A stretch of DNA of 64,000 nt from positions 1 through 64,000 of the forward strand of contig JBHLOY010000007.1 in assembly GCA_048939995.1 (NCBI GenBank), given 5' to 3'. The notes beneath the pieces are model-generated. The model did not search any database, was not told where the DNA came from, and saw only the letters and a program-made list of their open reading frames with translations. The stretch's first letter is position 1, and each line of letters starts with the position of its first letter. Positions 59,752 through 64,000 of this stretch are shown here, in pieces. Both the position numbers and the translations under genes were made by a program. This DNA comes from Promethearchaeota archaeon (lineage in GTDB: Archaea > Asgardarchaeota > Lokiarchaeia > Sigyniarchaeales > SOKP01).

Positions 59752-61026
59752 TCAAATAGGTGTCTCATTTCCCCAAAGATTTAATGCCTCTGCTAATTCT
59801 TGATGGCTTTTAGCATATTCCTCTACCGTTATTCCTTTCATATACGCATCAATAGCTTGCCTTAATGCTTTAGCACCACTTTCAGTGCCATTAGGATGAC
59901 CTAAAACACCTCCACCTGCTTGTACAACGATGTCAGTGGATAAAAGTTCCATCAATCTATGCATTATACCTGGATGTAATCCTCCAGAGCAGACCCCAAA
60001 GACAGGTTTTAAACCATGCCAATTTTGTTCAAGCATTTCAAATTCATTTCCATTTGATTCATTATAGCATTTTATATAATTACTTCTAACTTCTGTTCTT
60101 CCTCCTGCCAATTTTCCTAATCCCCCAATATGTAGTTGATCAACTCCTTGCATTCTAGCAATTTCAGCAAGAACTTTCATTGAGATACCGTGATCAGGAT
60201 TGCGATCAAAGGCTGCATGAAACGCCCTATGAGCATGAATTGCTAATTCTAATTCATCACAAACATCCCTAATCGTTTGTACAGATGACCAACCTGTAGT
60301 AAAGATATCTATCATCACATATTCATTGTTATAATCCTTAACTAATTGAGCCCTTCTTTTCATTTCTTCCACTTCAGCAGTTATATTTATTAAATAACTT
60401 TTACGCTCCCCAGTTTCATTTTCAGCCTTGTCTCTCATTTTCATACTTAATCTGAGTCTTTCTTTAAACTTATTAAATTTCTGGTTAGATAAGTTTTCAT
60501 CATCCTTAAGAAGATCTACACCACCTGACCATATCTTATACCCTTGTTGAGCGTGTTCTTCAGCATAAAAGCCCACTTTAGGCTTTGGAACTGTTGCCGT
60601 AATTGGGCGTTTATTTATTTCTAGCATCTCTCTAATTCCATTAACTCCATATTGGGGTCCTTTAAAAGACTTCAATATGTTTGAAGGCCATCTTACGTCA
60701 ATCAGTCTTAATCCTTCCAAAGCTTTCATCCCAAATACATTTCCTGCTATAGAACTTAAAATCTGGGGCATATTACCTTCTTCAAATAAATCATTAGGAT
60801 AAGCAATTTTTATATATTCTCCATCTATGTGATAAACTTTAGCACTTAGTTGACTGATATGATCAGGAACCTTTAAAGTAGTCCATGTTCCATTACTACT
60901 TTCTGCAGCAACCCTAATGGCTACGGCTTCAATTTTAAATCCTTTTGCTGGTTTGATCTTAAATAAACATACCAGATCATCTTTATTAGGAATATACTTT
61001 AAATCTAAAAAATCCTCATACTTCAT
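59752..61026 (-). CDS. rbcL: Ribulose-1,5-bisphosphate carboxylase, archaeal form III
   Basis: AAESS.GTWT, IAGN.FGMK, KPK, GGVDLLKDDE, HAHRA.H, GKL, SGGLHPG and QAGGG motifs. Confidence 0.93.
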   Translation of the reverse strand: MKYEDFLDLKYIPNKDDLVCLFKIKPAKGFKIEAVAIRVAAESSNGTWTTLKVPDHISQLSAKVYHIDGEYIKIAYPNDLFEEGNMPQILSSIAGNVFGMKALEGLRLIDVRWPSNILKSFKGPQYGVNGIREMLEINKRPITATVPKPKVGFYAEEHAQQGYKIWSGGVDLLKDDENLSNQKFNKFKERLRLSMKMRDKAENETGERKSYLINITAEVEEMKRRAQLVKDYNNEYVMIDIFTTGWSSVQTIRDVCDELELAIHAHRAFHAAFDRNPDHGISMKVLAEIARMQGVDQLHIGGLGKLAGGRTEVRSNYIKCYNESNGNEFEMLEQNWHGLKPVFGVCSGGLHPGIMHRLMELLSTDIVVQAGGGVLGHPNGTESGAKALRQAIDAYMKGITVEEYAKSHQELAEALNLWGNETPI

Positions 61027-61037
61027 TTAATCTCATC

Positions 61038-61979
61038 TTATATTAATTCTGGATATAACTTGGTAAAATAGTAATGAACATGGCTTGAAGCAAATAAACC
61101 AGCCTCTGTTAACAATCCATCAATATATCTTCTACTTACGGTTTCAAATGCTGGATTTAGTATCTTTAATCCTTTAGGGGCATTTTCCCAAATTTCTTTT
61201 GAATCACGCATCTCTATTTTTTCCAAAATACCAAATGATGTCCTTGGATTATATTTTAATAATGGTGATGCTACATAAAAAGGGACATGTTCTTCATGGG
61301 CCACAAGAGCTAACAAGCGCGAACCAATTTTGTTTAACACTGTGCCCTCACTAGTAATACTATCTGCTCCAATTAAGATTAGATCAACCTCAAAATGGTT
61401 AACTGCCCATCGCATTGCGCTATCTATAACATGAATCACCTCAATTCCTGCATCCAAAAGCTCTTTAGCTGTTTTTCTTCCTTGCAATCTAGGTTGAGTT
61501 TCAGTATTTATAACCTTAAAATCCTTTCCTTGTTTTTTAGCTTCTATAAAAATAGCCGTTACCACAGAAGAGTGACAATGGGTCATAACAATAAACTTTC
61601 CGTCAGTTAATACATCTGGAAATCTCCTTGCTCCAATCTCTGCTATTCTGGCCTTTGCTGTGTGGAGCATCGTTTTATATTCATCCTTACAGTGAGAAAT
61701 TAATTCTAAAATTTTATTTAGGGATAATGTTTTTCTCTCTTTTTCTAATTTATTCATGAGATAATTAAGTCCATTGCTCATAGCTGGTTCCGTGGCTCTT
61801 GTTTCTAACAAAATTTTTTTAGCTTCTTTAAGCTTTTCAATTAACTCATCTATACTTAGATTTTTACCAATTCTATATGCGTAGTCATGCAGAAAACTAA
61901 TAGCGCTCACTGCAACATTCAAAGCCCCCTGTATTTCTAAAGACTTAATTTTTGCCGCATCTCTCAATAATTGTTCCAT
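61038..61979 (-). CDS. Ribose-1,5-bisphosphate isomerase (eIF-2B alpha-like family)
   Basis: IQGA, TR.TEP, THCHSS, TET.P..QG, GAD.I, NKIG and NPAF motifs; adjacent to rbcL. Confidence 0.88.
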   Translation of the reverse strand: MEQLLRDAAKIKSLEIQGALNVAVSAISFLHDYAYRIGKNLSIDELIEKLKEAKKILLETRATEPAMSNGLNYLMNKLEKERKTLSLNKILELISHCKDEYKTMLHTAKARIAEIGARRFPDVLTDGKFIVMTHCHSSVVTAIFIEAKKQGKDFKVINTETQPRLQGRKTAKELLDAGIEVIHVIDSAMRWAVNHFEVDLILIGADSITSEGTVLNKIGSRLLALVAHEEHVPFYVASPLLKYNPRTSFGILEKIEMRDSKEIWENAPKGLKILNPAFETVSRRYIDGLLTEAGLFASSHVHYYFTKLYPELI

Positions 61980-62052
61980 TCTATAACACCTTGACTTTTC
62001 AAAAAAGATAAAATTATCGTTTTATAAAAATGTAAGGTAAAAAATTAAACTG

Positions 62053-62235
62053 CTATTCTTCAGTCTCTTCCTCATCACCAGGTTCAAAATCATTTGAATC
62101 AACCTCCAAATATAAATATCCAATGTATTTACATTCTGTACATTCATACATATCAGGTGCTAACCAACCTGAAACGTTAGTTGCATTCTTAAGTTTTGCC
62201 TTTCTACATTTTGGACATAGTTTAATTTTTGTCAT
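62053..62235 (-). CDS. Small Zn-ribbon protein
   Basis: CPKC...GWLAP..Y.C..C.Y.G pattern with an acidic tail. Confidence 0.7.
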   Translation of the reverse strand: MTKIKLCPKCRKAKLKNATNVSGWLAPDMYECTECKYIGYLYLEVDSNDFEPGDEEETEE

Positions 62236-62411
62236 TTTTACGAAATTAAATTTTCATCGAATAAGATTATTTTAATTAGTACTGATAATAAGTCCATATA
62301 ATATATAATAGTAAATAACTTTTAGTCCCTAATACTATTTATAGTGAGTTAGTAATTTTTTTAAAATAAATGAGTTATTGTTAACCAAACAAGCAATTGA
62401 ACAATAATTTT

Positions 62412-64000
62412 ATGACCAATTCCATAAAAGATTTAGATCTACAAAGAAGAAGTTTGCCTAATGAACCAGGAATATATATATTTACCAATAAAGAGAAAAC
62501 CCCTCTCTATATTGGAAAAGCCTCTAATATTCGAAAAAGAGTCAATCAATATTTTTCAAAATCGACTTATACTGATCCTTATTATGGAGAAAAGATCAAA
62601 GAATTAATACAAAGAGTTGATTCAATAGATTATATCGTAACAGAGAATGAAAAAGAAGCATATATCCTTGAAAACATTCAAATCAAAAAATTCCAACCCA
62701 GATACAATGTTATCATGCGTGATTCTAAATCTTATCCATGGGTTGCGATTTTTTATTCTGAAGAGTATCCAAGAATTAGAGTAATAAGAGGTCCTGAAAA
62801 ATTCTCACAAGAGAATCTATTTTTAGGACCCTATACTGATAAAAAGGAAATAATTAGGATTTTACGTGATTTAAGAAAAATTTTTCCTTATTGTTCCTGC
62901 AAAAAGAAAGTAAAAAAGAGGCAGAGACCATGTTTATATTACCAAATAAAATTATGCTCAGGTCCATGCATCAGAGCGATTGATAGAGAATCATACTTAG
63001 AAAATATAAAAAATATTGAACTTTTCCTTAAAGGAGAAACTGATGAACTTAAAGAACAAATTAAAAACAAAATGAATAAAGCTTCTCAAAAGTTAAATTT
63101 TGAAATCGCAGCTTTTTGGAGAGACAAATTACAAGCAATAGATAACTCAACCACAGACCAGAATGTTCTCCTTAACATTAAGGAAAATAAAGACATAATA
63201 GGGTACTATAGTGATGAGAATCAAAACTTTATTGCGATGATCATCATTCATATTCGTGATGGGAAAATAGCAAATAAAAGTTCATTTAGTTTTAATTTAA
63301 AAGAAAAAATATTTGAAAAACGAGATGTTTTTCCTTTAATAATGGAGCAGTTTTACCAAGAAACTAAAAATAACTTACCAGATATTATTGTAGTCCCTGA
63401 AAGATATAAAAATATCGAAATATTTATGGCATTACTAAAAGATTACAAGAAACAAATTCAGAGTAGAACCCCTCTCGAACATGAATATGGTTTAATGAGA
63501 ATTGCACGGAAAAATGCGAAGGTATTAGTTCAACAAGAAATACAAATGGAGGAAATTAAAAATCAAGATCAAAATTTATTAGATCAAGCATTGAGTGAAG
63601 TTAAAGAAGTTTTAAGTTTACCTGATGAGCCAAAAATTATTGAAGGGTTTGACATTTCGAATATACAAGGAACTAATGCTACTGGTTCTATGGTTTACTT
63701 TTTGAATGGAAAACCATATAAAAAATTATATCGTCATTACAAAATTAGAACTAAATCTACTCCTGATGATGTAGCAATGATCAAAGAAATTATAAAAAGA
63801 AGATACGATATGCTTTTAGAACGAAATTTAGAATTACCGGACTTAATTCTAGTTGATGGGGGAAAGGGTCAATTAAATGCAGGTCTGTCAGTTTTAAGAG
63901 AATTAGGAATTGAAGAAATTCCAATAATAGGATTAGCAAAGAGGCTTGAAGAAATTTACATCCCTTATATAAAAAATCCTATCGTTCTTCCTTCTAGCTC
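62412..64000 (+). CDS. uvrC: Excinuclease ABC subunit C, 3'-truncated by the window edge
   Basis: Read manually: MTNSIKDL...LPNEPGIYIF...LYIGKASNIRKRV (GIY-YIG), RPCLYYQIKLCSGPC, IEGFDISN, DD..M, LVDGGKGQ, GLAKR.EE. Confidence 0.95.
   Translation, partial: MTNSIKDLDLQRRSLPNEPGIYIFTNKEKTPLYIGKASNIRKRVNQYFSKSTYTDPYYGEKIKELIQRVDSIDYIVTENEKEAYILENIQIKKFQPRYNVIMRDSKSYPWVAIFYSEEYPRIRVIRGPEKFSQENLFLGPYTDKKEIIRILRDLRKIFPYCSCKKKVKKRQRPCLYYQIKLCSGPCIRAIDRESYLENIKNIELFLKGETDELKEQIKNKMNKASQKLNFEIAAFWRDKLQAIDNSTTDQNVLLNIKENKDIIGYYSDENQNFIAMIIIHIRDGKIANKSSFSFNLKEKIFEKRDVFPLIMEQFYQETKNNLPDIIVVPERYKNIEIFMALLKDYKKQIQSRTPLEHEYGLMRIARKNAKVLVQQEIQMEEIKNQDQNLLDQALSEVKEVLSLPDEPKIIEGFDISNIQGTNATGSMVYFLNGKPYKKLYRHYKIRTKSTPDDVAMIKEIIKRRYDMLLERNLELPDLILVDGGKGQLNAGLSVLRELGIEEIPIIGLAKRLEEIYIPYIKNPIVLPSS

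Noticed and set aside
426-61610. Numerous antisense or overlapping ORFs in the track (e.g. 426-797, 3056-3505, 15560-15964, 32589-33023, 34535-34792, 42796-43131, 53502-53786)
   Set aside because: They are shadows of well-supported genes on the opposite strand or in another frame, with no motifs of their own.
1-64000. CRISPR arrays, transposases, integrases or prophage genes
   Set aside because: No regularly spaced direct repeats or recognisable mobile-element proteins were seen.

Overview
AT-rich archaeal chromosomal window, most likely from an Asgard archaeon (Lokiarchaeia-like). This is inferred from three Rab-like small GTPases, longin/roadblock proteins, ribosomal protein eL22, IPG[Y/F]-TM-basic C-terminal sorting signals, and archaeal aIF1A, aIF2-gamma, Spt5, TFS and Cdc48. 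Most of the window is housekeeping and metabolic: DAP lysine genes (dapA, dapB, dapF, lysA), cdhD, AOR, two acyl-CoA dehydrogenases, form III RuBisCO with R15P isomerase, an Hrq1/MrfA-like helicase, uvrC, and an intron-containing tRNA-Pro(UGG). No CRISPR array or transposase was seen. The standout is the apparent intergenic gap at about 49400-49600 (minus strand), which encodes a circularly permuted 5S rRNA gene. The 3' half (49549-49485) precedes the 5' half (49480-49430), and the two are joined by a 4-nt UUAG linker that caps helix I. The unit is enclosed by a perfect 16-bp processing stem and a bulge-helix-bulge-like motif. The predicted cut sites of that motif, once ligated, rebuild helix III exactly and give a 120-nt circle. 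Other notable items are an aIF2-gamma with an N-terminal HhH domain, a probable ATT-initiated polyferredoxin, a GTPase-PIN-GTPase cluster, and small ORFs missed by the ORF track.
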